Positions 1 through 9,086 of a stretch of 64,000 nt of DNA are shown piece by piece. Source of the DNA: a virus (taxonomy: Duplodnaviria > Caudoviricetes); the IMG/VR virus record IMGVR_UViG_3300032317_000216, positions 32,001 to 96,000 of that record; one strand, 5' to 3'. Numbering within the stretch: the first letter of the stretch is position 1; each line of letters begins with the position of its first letter. The notes beneath the pieces are model-generated. The model did not search any database, was not told the DNA's origin, and saw only the letters and a program-made list of their open reading frames with translations. The position numbers and the translations under genes were made by a program.

Positions 1-190
1 ACCAACCACAATTATGACAACATATTACATTGTCGCTAACAATATAGTAACAACGTTTCTTTTTTCCCCAGGATTGACCTTCACGGCATATAGGGCAACA
101 TCCTTGGTGTGTGCGTGTTAGCCGATTGTACTTTGGTAGGCCAGCGTATTGATAGAATTTCTGTACTGTATAGTCTTCTGGTAACAACAT
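1..190 (-). CDS. DNA primase (T4 gp61-like), N-terminal zinc-binding part, runs off the left window edge
   Basis: Not in the ORF track. Manual translation from ATG at 190 gives MLLPEDYTVQKFYQYAG...GCCPICREGQSWGKKKRCYY...CCHNCGW, a CPxC...CHNCG zinc ribbon typical of gp61. Confidence 0.8.
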   Translation of the reverse strand, partial: MLLPEDYTVQKFYQYAGLPKYNRLTRTHQGCCPICREGQSWGKKKRCYYIVSDNVICCHNCGW

Positions 191-228
191 TACATATCTA
201 TTATACAATAATAAAACAGGAAATAAAC

Positions 229-423
229 TTACTTGTTGTTCTGCTCTTTGCTTGGAATGTCTTTAACAGACACAAGCCCTTTGCGGATAAAAGTTCCACA
301 CGCAGGATCAATATAATGTGCTTCAACGATTTCTTTGTTGCCTCGAATAAAAGTCTTTAGCACAGGTTTAACAGGTTGACCGCTAATAGGAGAAGCAATG
401 ATTCTTGGTTCAATAAAATCCAT
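229..423 (-). CDS. hypothetical protein
   Basis: 64-aa ORF with a TAAATA late box 5 nt before the ATG. Confidence 0.6.
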   Translation of the reverse strand: MDFIEPRIIASPISGQPVKPVLKTFIRGNKEIVEAHYIDPACGTFIRKGLVSVKDIPSKEQNNK

Positions 424-427
424 ATAG

Positions 428-694
428 TTATTTATTCACAGTTGAGTTTTTTCTATACTGTTTAATGCATGTAGAGTAAACATTGCTCGGCAGTCTTTCT
501 ACGATATCAATAATTTTATTCTTCAACCCAAAACTAAACTTGTCTTCAGGTACATCTCTTATATTCATAGTGGGTAAAGAAAGGAACTTAAAATTATTTT
601 CTTTTTTTTCTATAAAGACAAATAATTCACCAAGGTACTTACCTGTTGTTATGGCATACACACAGCCTTTTTTAGGATGTTTATTGAATAGCAT
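428..694 (-). CDS. hypothetical protein
   Basis: 88-aa ORF packed against its neighbours on the same strand. Confidence 0.6.
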   Translation of the reverse strand: MLFNKHPKKGCVYAITTGKYLGELFVFIEKKENNFKFLSLPTMNIRDVPEDKFSFGLKNKIIDIVERLPSNVYSTCIKQYRKNSTVNK

Positions 695-1556
695 TTTTAT
701 AATTTTTTACAAATTTTGTCACTGCTTCTTTGAGGGATGCAGCCAAAGGAGGAAGCTGCAGTTTATACTTCTTGGCCTTTTTATCTGAAAGAACACAATT
801 GGATCGTTGTGCAACAATATCAAGTTCAGATATATCAACTATCTTCCAATTGTCATTAACAAGCCCACTGTATGCAAGATATTCAGATATTAACTTACCG
901 GTAATAACACCTGGGTTGATGACGTTAAATATGCCGGTAATGCTAGAAAGATCAGAACGAGATATGAGCTTCTCAATAAAAATATTCAAATCATCTGTAT
1001 TAGTACCACTATTCTTGAAATCTATAATGTTGTTGTACTTTAAAATTTTATAAATCAAATTCTTTGAAGTAACATCTGAATTGAATGGCATTCTTATTCT
1101 TAGAGTAATTGCGCTAGTGTTTCTTAACAGCACTTCACACATGTGTTTTGTAAAAGAATAATAACTGCTATTATTATCTGTTATTCCAAAATTTGGTTCA
1201 TCTTTTTCTGTATACTCTTTCTCATAGCCAGTGTATATACATCCAGATGATACGTTAATGAATTTTATATTTAATTGCTCACAGATATTGTTGATCTGTA
1301 CTGGGACAGAAACATTATAGAACAGACATTTCTCCTTTTCTTTTTCACATCCATCTACATTTGGTGACCCTGTATACCCTGAACAATTTATAATTATAGT
1401 AAAATCAGAACTTTTTAAATAATTAGAAAATACTTTACGGTCAGTATAATCTATACCAGTTCTTTTATCAATAAGAGTAGCATCGATTTTTTGACTTAAA
1501 AAATGAGCAAAAAGGCGAGTACCTATAAACCCTCTGCCTAAAATGAGAACTTTCAC
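681..1556 (-). CDS. NDP-4-keto-6-deoxyglucose 3,5-epimerase/4-reductase (RmlD/NRS-ER-like SDR, rhamnose synthesis)
   Basis: GxGxxG (LGRGFIG), TGSPNVDGCE, SSGCIY, YSFTK (YxxxK) and LRIRMP motifs as in NRS/ER-type enzymes. Confidence 0.8.
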   Translation of the reverse strand: MKVLILGRGFIGTRLFAHFLSQKIDATLIDKRTGIDYTDRKVFSNYLKSSDFTIIINCSGYTGSPNVDGCEKEKEKCLFYNVSVPVQINNICEQLNIKFINVSSGCIYTGYEKEYTEKDEPNFGITDNNSSYYSFTKHMCEVLLRNTSAITLRIRMPFNSDVTSKNLIYKILKYNNIIDFKNSGTNTDDLNIFIEKLISRSDLSSITGIFNVINPGVITGKLISEYLAYSGLVNDNWKIVDISELDIVAQRSNCVLSDKKAKKYKLQLPPLAASLKEAVTKFVKNYKNAIQ

Positions 1557-1589
1557 TATATTAAAATAATAAATTAATTGTAAAAAATA

Positions 1590-1925
1590 TCAACTATTAT
1601 CTCTGTCAGTATGCTGCTGATGTATGAATAGTTTGTTGACCAGAGTTGCAAGAGAATCGGCTTCCTGTTGATTGTGTGCAGAAATAAAATGAACCGGTTC
1701 ACCGTTAAAGTTATAACCAAGAACTATGAAGCTATTTAAAAACTCTTGAATGGTATTCACAAGTGCATCTACATCTCTCTTTTTATCAACTTTTTCATTG
1801 AGTTGTTTGTGGAGAAATGCTTCTATAGCTTTATTAGTGAGAGTGGTTTCAGTTTTAAATTTTGACGGATCAAAATTTTCTGATTTCTTATCACTGTTCT
1901 TGCGGTTGTTCGAGTCTTTTTTCAT
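1590..1925 (-). CDS. hypothetical protein
   Basis: 111-aa ORF in the minus-strand run. Confidence 0.6.
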   Translation of the reverse strand: MKKDSNNRKNSDKKSENFDPSKFKTETTLTNKAIEAFLHKQLNEKVDKKRDVDALVNTIQEFLNSFIVLGYNFNGEPVHFISAHNQQEADSLATLVNKLFIHQQHTDRDNS

Positions 1926-2298
1926 CTACAATATTATTTAGTCTATTCATCATATATCTCGACTTGCCTGGGTAATCACTATTGGTAATACCGTTTTTCT
2001 GTAGAAAATCTACAACAACTTCAATACTCTCTGTCTTTAAGAAGAAGTTTTTAGGTATTTTTACACCACCATCATCCAGTTCAAATAACATTTCACCAAC
2101 TTCATTCTTATTAATATAGCATGTACAAAGTACAGAGTTACCGGTTGGATTGATAATAACTGTCCAGCGTCTAGGATCATGCTTACCAAACACAGAAAAA
2201 AGACGAATAACAATATACCCATTATCTCTCAGTCTCTTAATAAAATAACCAGGTGTACGAAGTTTATTTTTAGAGGATTTATTCATATTTTTATTCAT
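1891..2298 (-). CDS. hypothetical protein
   Basis: 135-aa ORF directly after the sliding clamp gene. Confidence 0.6.
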   Translation of the reverse strand: MNKNMNKSSKNKLRTPGYFIKRLRDNGYIVIRLFSVFGKHDPRRWTVIINPTGNSVLCTCYINKNEVGEMLFELDDGGVKIPKNFFLKTESIEVVVDFLQKNGITNSDYPGKSRYMMNRLNNIVDEKRLEQPQEQ

Positions 2299-2299
2299 A

Positions 2300-3031
2300 T
2301 TAATTGGCTAAAGCAGACACAATAAATTTCATTGTTACATTACCTAAATTAGCATCAAATACATAAACACCAGTTTTACTTGAAAATGAACAGTTTAGCT
2401 CTTTGAACTTCATAGAAGAAATTATTCTAAATACTTCAAAATTCAAGGGTATAGATGAATTAAGTTGGATACCAGTATAATCTTCAGAAATAACTAACCC
2501 ATATGAATCAACGTTTGGCCTTGCTTTATCTGTTAATTCGCCTGTAACAACATTGTCTTTATACGAAAGATAGATTTTATTTGAGTCTGTTGCAATTGTG
2601 CTACCTTTAATCAGGTTTTGAAGATTATTATAAATCAGAGTGTACTTGCCATTGAATTCAAGTGAAAGCAATTTGTCAACATTGAGTCTTGGAGAGACAA
2701 TAATACCATCTTCAAAAAGATGATACTTAAATCTTATATTTTTTGAAGAATAAGAAATGTTATTCTTATCAAGATTTAGTTCAATGGCAGTTGCATCTAT
2801 AACTGAAAGAATGCGTATTAATTTGCTTATGTCAGGAATGTTAAGCAAAAATTCGTCGGTATTGTTTTGATTACTGTAAATAGCACTCAATATAATTGAG
2901 TTGTCATTTGTTGCTATCAGCGAACTAAAGGTGTCTTTTCCAACTTTAATTACTGCGCTATTAGTTACTTTACCTATGGGTGTTAAGAAGCTATTAACAA
3001 ATGCATTTTTATCATGAATAGAAATATTCAT
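2300..3031 (-). CDS. DNA polymerase sliding clamp (T4 gp45-like)
   Basis: 243 aa, beta-rich, IPDISKLIRILS and IRFKYHLFEDGII resemble gp45 segments; replication context. Confidence 0.65.
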   Translation of the reverse strand: MNISIHDKNAFVNSFLTPIGKVTNSAVIKVGKDTFSSLIATNDNSIILSAIYSNQNNTDEFLLNIPDISKLIRILSVIDATAIELNLDKNNISYSSKNIRFKYHLFEDGIIVSPRLNVDKLLSLEFNGKYTLIYNNLQNLIKGSTIATDSNKIYLSYKDNVVTGELTDKARPNVDSYGLVISEDYTGIQLNSSIPLNFEVFRIISSMKFKELNCSFSSKTGVYVFDANLGNVTMKFIVSALAN

Positions 3032-3039
3032 CTATCTCT

Positions 3040-3067
3040 ATTATATGTGATATGAATTATTTATCAA
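3040..3067 (-). promoter_or_regulatory. sigma70-like promoter TTGATA-N16-TATAAT, 8 nt before the clamp ATG
   Basis: Read directly from the sequence. Confidence 0.7.
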
Positions 3068-3404
3068 GCAACTTAACAATAACTTCTATATTAGAACTAA
3101 TCTTAGTTAAGATGTCAACCAGTTGATTAGGTTGCACACTTACCTGTGATTGAGAGGGAGCAGCATACTGCATGGGTGCTTGAGGTTGTGATGCTGTATG
3201 TTGTGGTTGTAGTACTGGTGGTTGTTGATTTTGACCAGGCAGTGACCCCACTATCTCTTTAATGTTGAGAGTATTGCCCCTTAGAGTATTTGTTTTACCA
3301 ATAATGTGGCTATCAAGCTCTTTAACAAACCCTTGAGTTTGTCCCAAGAACTGAAGAGCAATCATTTTTGCTTCTTCAGGAGTAGGTTCTCTAAAGGCAT
3401 CCAT
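3057..3404 (-). CDS. hypothetical protein, Gln/Pro-rich middle
   Basis: 115-aa ORF coupled to gp32 by a TAATG overlap. Confidence 0.6.
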   Translation of the reverse strand: MDAFREPTPEEAKMIALQFLGQTQGFVKELDSHIIGKTNTLRGNTLNIKEIVGSLPGQNQQPPVLQPQHTASQPQAPMQYAAPSQSQVSVQPNQLVDILTKISSNIEVIVKLLDK

Positions 3405-4264
3405 TATAGATCCTCGAGAAGTTTCTCTAGACTCTCATCGCTAGGTGATGGTACTGATTGCTTTGGGGAAGGCGCTGCAGCAACCTTTGCTACAACAGGC
3501 GCTTCAACTTTGCTTTTCTCTTTGACTGCAACTTCAGGCTCTGCATCAACATCTGATTTGCAGTAGTAGTGCTTGTCAAGCATGTCTTTGAGCTCATCAT
3601 AAGATTTAACAGTTATATATGATTCAAGATCATAAACACTCTTGTAAGTCTTTTCAAAGGAATCTTCATCAAGACCTTCAACTTCTTTTGGAGTTGTGAA
3701 TTTGGATGATACATATGTTGGGTAATCACCTTGTTTCTCTACTTTGATTTTTAAGTTTACACCTTTTGGTGACAGATCAAAAATACGAGGTCCAAGCTCT
3801 TCAGCATCTTCACCTTGAATAGCATCCATAATGATCTTGTTCAACTGACGACCAAAGCGAAGAATCTTCACCTTATTATTATTCTCTTCATTAACAGGAT
3901 CATTAATCACATAGCAATTAACCAGCCAACGCTCTGTCCTAACAATGCTCTTAATCTTCTCTTTATCCTGTTCAGAACCATTCCTAAATACACGGTAGCG
4001 CTCTTCTGCAATAGGGTCACGCTCATTCCATGTAGTAGGGCTAACAAGAGTGATCAATTGACCTGTTGAAAGACTGTTCCAACCATGAGAGTAATAATGA
4101 AGGAAGGTTTTGGTAGGATCCTTCATATTGGGAAGAAGACGCACTGTATATGTGTTGCCTACTTCAGTGCGCAAAAAGTCTTTTTGCTTGTTTGAAGTAC
4201 TGGCTGTTTCTTTAGTTAGAGCACTTTTAATGCTTTCGAACATTGAGGAAGTTAATGAATTCAT
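3404..4264 (-). CDS. single-stranded DNA-binding protein (T4 gp32-like)
   Basis: VRLLP, YSHGW, NCYVINDP..NNNKVKILRFG, IFDLS..GVNLKIK, YPTYVSSKF and an acidic tail. Confidence 0.9.
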   Translation of the reverse strand: MNSLTSSMFESIKSALTKETASTSNKQKDFLRTEVGNTYTVRLLPNMKDPTKTFLHYYSHGWNSLSTGQLITLVSPTTWNERDPIAEERYRVFRNGSEQDKEKIKSIVRTERWLVNCYVINDPVNEENNNKVKILRFGRQLNKIIMDAIQGEDAEELGPRIFDLSPKGVNLKIKVEKQGDYPTYVSSKFTTPKEVEGLDEDSFEKTYKSVYDLESYITVKSYDELKDMLDKHYYCKSDVDAEPEVAVKEKSKVEAPVVAKVAAAPSPKQSVPSPSDESLEKLLEDL

Positions 4265-4272
4265 ATAGTCTT

Positions 4273-4300
4273 ATGATATATGAGTCTAGAGCATATTCAA
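4273..4300 (-). promoter_or_regulatory. promoter TTGAAT-N16-TATCAT, 8 nt before the gp32 ATG
   Basis: Read directly from the sequence. Confidence 0.65.
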
Positions 4301-4948
4301 CTCATTTTTTAATCTTTTTTTAAATCTGTCTAAACCTGTGACTACTAACACCTTACATTTTGAAGAGTTTAAGAATTTAATTTTCTTTGTATTTATTTTG
4401 TCGAGAAACTTGTCTTCAAACATGAATGACAGAATGTTAAGATCAGATTTAGTGAAGAAAGTATTTAAATCTTCAAAGCCTAAGAGTGAGTATATGTTGA
4501 TATCTCTGTTTTTTAAATGAAGTAAAAATGAATATATATCATTAGTTTTATGAGAGAGATACAATGACATGTCAATTTTATTGTCTTTGCAAAAGTTGTA
4601 GATAAACACAAGAGACTTCTTTGTAAAGGTTAGCTGATCATCTGAGTCAGGATCAAGATTATTAACATTATTACAAAAAACAGTATATGCTTTAATGGCT
4701 TTAAGACTAATAAAGTGGCTAAGCTCAAAAAATTTTTCATCTTTGTGTATACTGTAAGATGCTAAAAAGAAAGCTAATGGCTCTATCTCTTTGTGTTTGT
4801 TGAAAAAATTACTAAGTTTTTTAAGATGAGCTATACTCTTGTCATCCAAATCGTCAAAGTTTTTCCTCAAATTAAACGGTTTATTATTTTGCTGCCGGGA
4901 AGTTCTTAAATGCAGGTTGTAAATGTATTTCTCAAAATCAGATATCAT
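4286..4948 (-). CDS. hypothetical protein, possibly helicase loader (gp59-like)
   Basis: 220-aa basic helical protein immediately upstream of gp32, matching gp59 in size and position; sequence similarity is weak. Confidence 0.4.
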   Translation of the reverse strand: MISDFEKYIYNLHLRTSRQQNNKPFNLRKNFDDLDDKSIAHLKKLSNFFNKHKEIEPLAFFLASYSIHKDEKFFELSHFISLKAIKAYTVFCNNVNNLDPDSDDQLTFTKKSLVFIYNFCKDNKIDMSLYLSHKTNDIYSFLLHLKNRDINIYSLLGFEDLNTFFTKSDLNILSFMFEDKFLDKINTKKIKFLNSSKCKVLVVTGLDRFKKRLKNELNML

Positions 4949-5151
4949 TTATAGTTACGCCATTTTAACCTGTTAAAATCCTTTTTCAATCTTTTTAACC
5001 GGCTAGGCTTGTGATGATATCTTCTGAATCGTGATTCTTCAATAATAAGGGATTTCTGTACTTCTCTACTAAACTTAATATACATTTTATCAAAATACGG
5101 TTTTTCAATGCTCATATTTTTGTTGAGTTTGACTTCCGAATGTATAATCAT
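4945..5151 (-). CDS. rpsU: ribosomal protein bS21-like
   Basis: 68 aa, highly basic; FDKMYIKFSREVQKSLIIEESRFRRYHHKPSRLKRLKK fits the bS21 pattern (F/I)d.al.rFk+.v...gi..E.r.r..y.KPs..r+.k. Confidence 0.7.
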   Translation of the reverse strand: MIIHSEVKLNKNMSIEKPYFDKMYIKFSREVQKSLIIEESRFRRYHHKPSRLKRLKKDFNRLKWRNYK

Positions 5152-5429
5152 AGTTTATTAAAGTTCTTTGAGTTTAAAAATTTCATTATATATTTACTTT
5201 TATAGAGTGTAGAATCAAAGAATAAAAAATATTTTAATGCATCATACTTGTTTTTAAAGTCACAATAATCTACTAGAAGATCACGGAATCTTTGTTCCTT
5301 CAGTACCAAAAGAAATATATTGGCAAGATTTATCTTTTTGGGCTCAAGCAAGGCACAGAATGAGCAAAAAGAAAGAAATAAATGGTTTACTTCTATTTCT
5401 GATATTTTTTCTGTAGGTGTATAGCTCAT
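5148..5429 (-). CDS. hypothetical protein
   Basis: 93-aa ORF with ATGA overlaps on both sides. Confidence 0.6.
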   Translation of the reverse strand: MSYTPTEKISEIEVNHLFLSFCSFCALLEPKKINLANIFLLVLKEQRFRDLLVDYCDFKNKYDALKYFLFFDSTLYKSKYIMKFLNSKNFNKL

Positions 5430-6325
5430 TTGATAGGATGTAGAAGTTTTGTAAGCTCAAGAAACATTTTTGTTATTTTACCACCTGCAACACAACCATC
5501 ACCACCGCCTTCAAAGACTTTCTTTGCAAACTTGCCAAGGTTAATATTGCAGTTTTTATTTTTTCTTATGCTGACACTAGAACTATTGAGATTGACACTT
5601 ATGGCAATATCACATTCGTAAGCACGTATAATCATATCACAAATCTCAGAAGGAAAAATATTGTTAAATGCGCTGCAAATAATTGCATCAACGCCACCAA
5701 TTCTAATGCTGCCTTTGAATACTTTTAAAGAGGAGAATGTGTTGTTTATTTTATTAATAATGTTGTTAATTGTGTTTTCTTGCAATGGGTTGAATCCTGT
5801 GAACCCATTTGCGAATGTATTATAAAATTTTAAAAGTTTATCCCCTTCAAAAGTATTAAACAAATAGTGAAGTTTCTTTGATTCAGGTAACTTTAGTTCA
5901 TAGCTATCATAATCATTAACTAGAGCTATCAAGGTTTTTTCTTCTTTTGTAAAAGGGGTTTTTAGTTTTTCCTTTAACTTTTTATACAACAGTAATGTGC
6001 AGCTGGGTGAATCAATAGACTCTTGGCGCAGATTTTTAATTGGCAGTTCTGAATAACTTTGAGAATTACGGTGATTGATATACACTACATTAGGCAAGTC
6101 GATAATATCTAGATTATTTTCAATAACGGCTAAATCACAGATGTATATTTTTTTATATTTTTCTTTATTCTCAAGATTAATAAAATCAGTTCTAAACTTT
6201 TTTTCTGTAGTTTGTGTATGTCTAAATTCACTTCCTATTACTTTTCTCAAAGTATAGTAGCAACCAGCACCATCGAGATCACAATCAGTGAATAAATAGA
6301 GGTCATCTCTTGTTTCCTGGTTCAC
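5426..6325 (-). CDS. DHH/DHHA1-family phosphoesterase-like protein with degenerate motifs
   Basis: TDCDLDG motif I, ICDL motif II, INHR in place of DHH, SVSIR and GGGDGCVAGG in place of GGGHxxAAG. Confidence 0.75.
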   Translation of the reverse strand: MNQETRDDLYLFTDCDLDGAGCYYTLRKVIGSEFRHTQTTEKKFRTDFINLENKEKYKKIYICDLAVIENNLDIIDLPNVVYINHRNSQSYSELPIKNLRQESIDSPSCTLLLYKKLKEKLKTPFTKEEKTLIALVNDYDSYELKLPESKKLHYLFNTFEGDKLLKFYNTFANGFTGFNPLQENTINNIINKINNTFSSLKVFKGSIRIGGVDAIICSAFNNIFPSEICDMIIRAYECDIAISVNLNSSSVSIRKNKNCNINLGKFAKKVFEGGGDGCVAGGKITKMFLELTKLLHPIK

Positions 6326-6330
6326 TTACT

Positions 6331-6358
6331 ATTTTACTAAAAAAAGTTGCTAAATCAA
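6331..6358 (-). promoter_or_regulatory. promoter TTGATT-N16-TAAAAT, 5 nt before the GTG of the DHH-bS21 operon
   Basis: Read directly from the sequence. Confidence 0.65.
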
Positions 6359-7680
6359 CTAAGCGTTAAACTGTTAAGTGTAGCAATGGATGATGCTGAA
6401 GCTTCCGTATCGTTATTTATCTCATCTTCTGTAAGAGTTAAAGTTGAATAGTCAATTTTCATGTTACACACACCAAAGTTTTCACCAAATCTATTTTTCA
6501 TAAGTCCCATCTTTATAACCCCCAGTTCTTTGTCTGTATCTTCTTGCCAAATACTAAGAATAACATCAGCAGTGTGACCAAGTCCCATGGATTCAGAGAG
6601 TGTATTTAATCCTGGATTGCTTATGTCGTAACCAGCGCGATTTAACTGGGTTGCAGATATAATGGGGAAATCAAACACATAGCTAAGAGCTCGCAGTTGC
6701 TCAGTCACATGTTTGACCCTTTCATAAGTATTATTGCCTAATGTTGAATGTATTAAGTTAATATAATCGACAACCAGTGCATCAATCTTAATGCCTTGAT
6801 TGGTGGTCTTCTTGATAAAGGCGTTGAGGTGGTTGCAAGTTATAGTCGATGGTGGAAACTCTTTAACTAACAGCTTGGCTTTAGAGTTTTCATTCTTATA
6901 TTCCTGCAGTTGTTGAAAGAGTGTAGATGACTCAGATTTTAAATGATGAAAAGGTATTTTAGTAATACTGGAACAAAGCCTCTTGGCATATATTAATTCA
7001 GGCATTTCCAGTGATATTAATAAAACGGTTTTACCTTGAGCAGCCATATTAACTGCAACGTTACCGAGAAATATACTTTTACCTATATTTGTTTCACCAG
7101 CAAAAACATAAAGCGCTCTGCCATTCTCAAGAAAACCACCACCTGTCTTTTTATCAAGCCATTTCCACTTTGAGGATATATATTTTTCTTCCGTATTTAA
7201 ATTGTCAACAATTGCTGCAGCATTTTCAAAGATATCTAAACCAATATTAGTAGCAAGAGATATATTACATGCTGTTTGAAACTTCTCTAGAACAGCTGCC
7301 GTACTTACTTTGCCTTTGGTAATATCATCAACTGTTTCAAGCATTGTGGTGTACACAGCTTTCTGTTGTAAGAAAGCTTCAGTATTAGCAGTGAGTTCAT
7401 CGACGTTATATGTTTTATCAAAATCCTTGATGTTACTAACTGCAATTTTAAAACTGTTCTTCAATTCATCAGTAGTAAGGTGTGCCTTGATCTCAGTAAC
7501 GTTTGGTCTTGTGCCACGGGAAGAATAAAAGTCTTTTATGACGGAGAATATATTTTTAATATCTTTACTTTTAAAATATTCAGGCTTTATGTAGTCAATA
7601 ATAGAAGCCAGATATGTATCATCTGTAAGGGACTTGTACAGAATAATATTCTCAAAGAAATCTAAATCTAACTTCTCCAT
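6355..7680 (-). CDS. replicative DnaB-like helicase (T4 gp41)
   Basis: Walker A AGETNIGKS, SLEM, VKEFPP, VVDYIN, SATQLNR, SESMG, MKNRFG. Start moved to ATG 7680 (MEKLDL) to avoid overlap with the upstream gene. Confidence 0.92.
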   Translation of the reverse strand: MEKLDLDFFENIILYKSLTDDTYLASIIDYIKPEYFKSKDIKNIFSVIKDFYSSRGTRPNVTEIKAHLTTDELKNSFKIAVSNIKDFDKTYNVDELTANTEAFLQQKAVYTTMLETVDDITKGKVSTAAVLEKFQTACNISLATNIGLDIFENAAAIVDNLNTEEKYISSKWKWLDKKTGGGFLENGRALYVFAGETNIGKSIFLGNVAVNMAAQGKTVLLISLEMPELIYAKRLCSSITKIPFHHLKSESSTLFQQLQEYKNENSKAKLLVKEFPPSTITCNHLNAFIKKTTNQGIKIDALVVDYINLIHSTLGNNTYERVKHVTEQLRALSYVFDFPIISATQLNRAGYDISNPGLNTLSESMGLGHTADVILSIWQEDTDKELGVIKMGLMKNRFGENFGVCNMKIDYSTLTLTEDEINNDTEASASSIATLNSLTLS

Positions 7681-7687
7681 ACCTCTA

Positions 7688-8362
7688 TTATACCGACGTT
7701 CTTGAGTATTCTCTAATAAATTTTTCTTGACTGTCAGCAAAGAGCTTATTATTAATGTCAAGTAGGCCTGGAGACCTGTGAATAACCCATATAGGAGCAA
7801 CACCAAGTTTTAATTTCTCGACATTAGCATCAAGCGAGCTTGCAATATCGTAGTGATGAAAGGTATAATTTTCATTAAACTTCCAGTTTATACTTTTTAT
7901 GCTTGAAGTTTTAACACTGAGAAAAAGACCATCTAGAACAGCCACTCTGCAAGGGGTAACACCAAAGCTTGTCATGGCGATTTCCTTTGGACCTGCAGGG
8001 TGTGCAACAGCACCTCTTAGATTACCGCTGTTAAACCCACCACACATTAAATGCCATAAAGCTGGTTTTTGAATTTTAGGATTAATGCCACCTGCAAGTC
8101 CAACGATATCAAATTCTTTGTGAGCAGTTTCAAGTTTTTCACAAACAGCGAGATCATCAACATATACATCATCATGAACAAAAACAATGTATTCGTATCT
8201 ATCTTTATTTTTTTCTAAGAAATCATTATAACGCTTACTTAAGCCTTCTGTGTTAAATTTATTAAATGCTATATCGGCTTTGTCTTTGAGTCTTGTTACA
8301 GAATCATAGAACGATGTATTTTTAATGTCACCTCTCGTGACGCTATAGAATACTATTTTCAT
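7688..8362 (-). CDS. GT-A fold glycosyltransferase (GT2-like)
   Basis: FVHDDV (DxD-like), DIVGLAG, LDGLFL, FHHYD, VIHRSPG. Confidence 0.75.
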   Translation of the reverse strand: MKIVFYSVTRGDIKNTSFYDSVTRLKDKADIAFNKFNTEGLSKRYNDFLEKNKDRYEYIVFVHDDVYVDDLAVCEKLETAHKEFDIVGLAGGINPKIQKPALWHLMCGGFNSGNLRGAVAHPAGPKEIAMTSFGVTPCRVAVLDGLFLSVKTSSIKSINWKFNENYTFHHYDIASSLDANVEKLKLGVAPIWVIHRSPGLLDINNKLFADSQEKFIREYSRTSV

Positions 8363-9048
8363 GAAGTAAAGAATGGAGAGTTAGGCGAAAATGTACCTAC
8401 AGCTGTTAGTCCTTCTACTGTTTGTAGATATAAAACACCTTCCTCTACTGTTTTATAGTTGTTGTATTTTGTTGATGAAAAGTCGTTTGATAGAAAATCT
8501 GCAAACAGGGTACTACCAGATCTTGCTAGGTAGGTATTGTTGTTCTTTGAATTAAGAATCCACAAACCAAATGTACCTTCCAGCATTGAAAGAGCATTGC
8601 ATATTGCTTTTGCTTCAATCTTTTCTTTCTTACAGCAGAGATCGATCATAGCAGGTATAAGAGATGAGTCAACTGTATTGATGCTTTTTTTATAATTTTT
8701 AAGTATTGATCGTAATTCTTTCTCATTACTCAAAACACCATTATGTGCTACATACCATTTACCAGTATTAAACGGATGTGAAGTATCGTGTGTATATTTT
8801 CTTTCGGATGATGTAGGTGCTTGCGAGTGGCCGAGATAATTTTTAAAATCGTTAAAAAATTTCTTCTTATTGTTTTTTAAGCCTATATAGAGTTTATCAT
8901 TGAGTTTGAAGATACCTGCAGATTTAACAGAAGCATGTAATTTAGAGTCAACCATTAATGAACCATATGCAAAATCACCTCGAACTCTATTTTTAGCATA
9001 TAACTTAATATAAGTCTTGTAGTTATTTGATCCAAATATACCGCACAT
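8359..9048 (-). CDS. class II (Ntn) glutamine amidotransferase, stand-alone
   Basis: True start MCGIFG at 9048 (Cys nucleophile), RG, GHSQAPT, HPF, HNGVL, VDS, EGTFG. Confidence 0.85.
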   Translation of the reverse strand: MCGIFGSNNYKTYIKLYAKNRVRGDFAYGSLMVDSKLHASVKSAGIFKLNDKLYIGLKNNKKKFFNDFKNYLGHSQAPTSSERKYTHDTSHPFNTGKWYVAHNGVLSNEKELRSILKNYKKSINTVDSSLIPAMIDLCCKKEKIEAKAICNALSMLEGTFGLWILNSKNNNTYLARSGSTLFADFLSNDFSSTKYNNYKTVEEGVLYLQTVEGLTAVGTFSPNSPFFTS

Positions 9049-9055
9049 TTGTAAT

Positions 9056-9084
9056 ATTATAGTATAGAATAATAAATAATTCAA
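9056..9084 (-). promoter_or_regulatory. promoter TTGAAT-N17-TATAAT, 7 nt before the amidotransferase ATG; overlaps a divergent late TAAATA box (9073-9078, +)
   Basis: Read directly from the sequence. Confidence 0.7.
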
Positions 9085-9086
9085 GG

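Noticed and set aside
7681-7806. N-terminal extensions given by the ORF track for gp41 (and likewise for the amidotransferase, gp47, the oxygenase, 36757 and 46225)
   Set aside because: They overlap neighbouring genes or promoters; downstream ATGs fit the family N-termini and, where present, the promoter spacing better.
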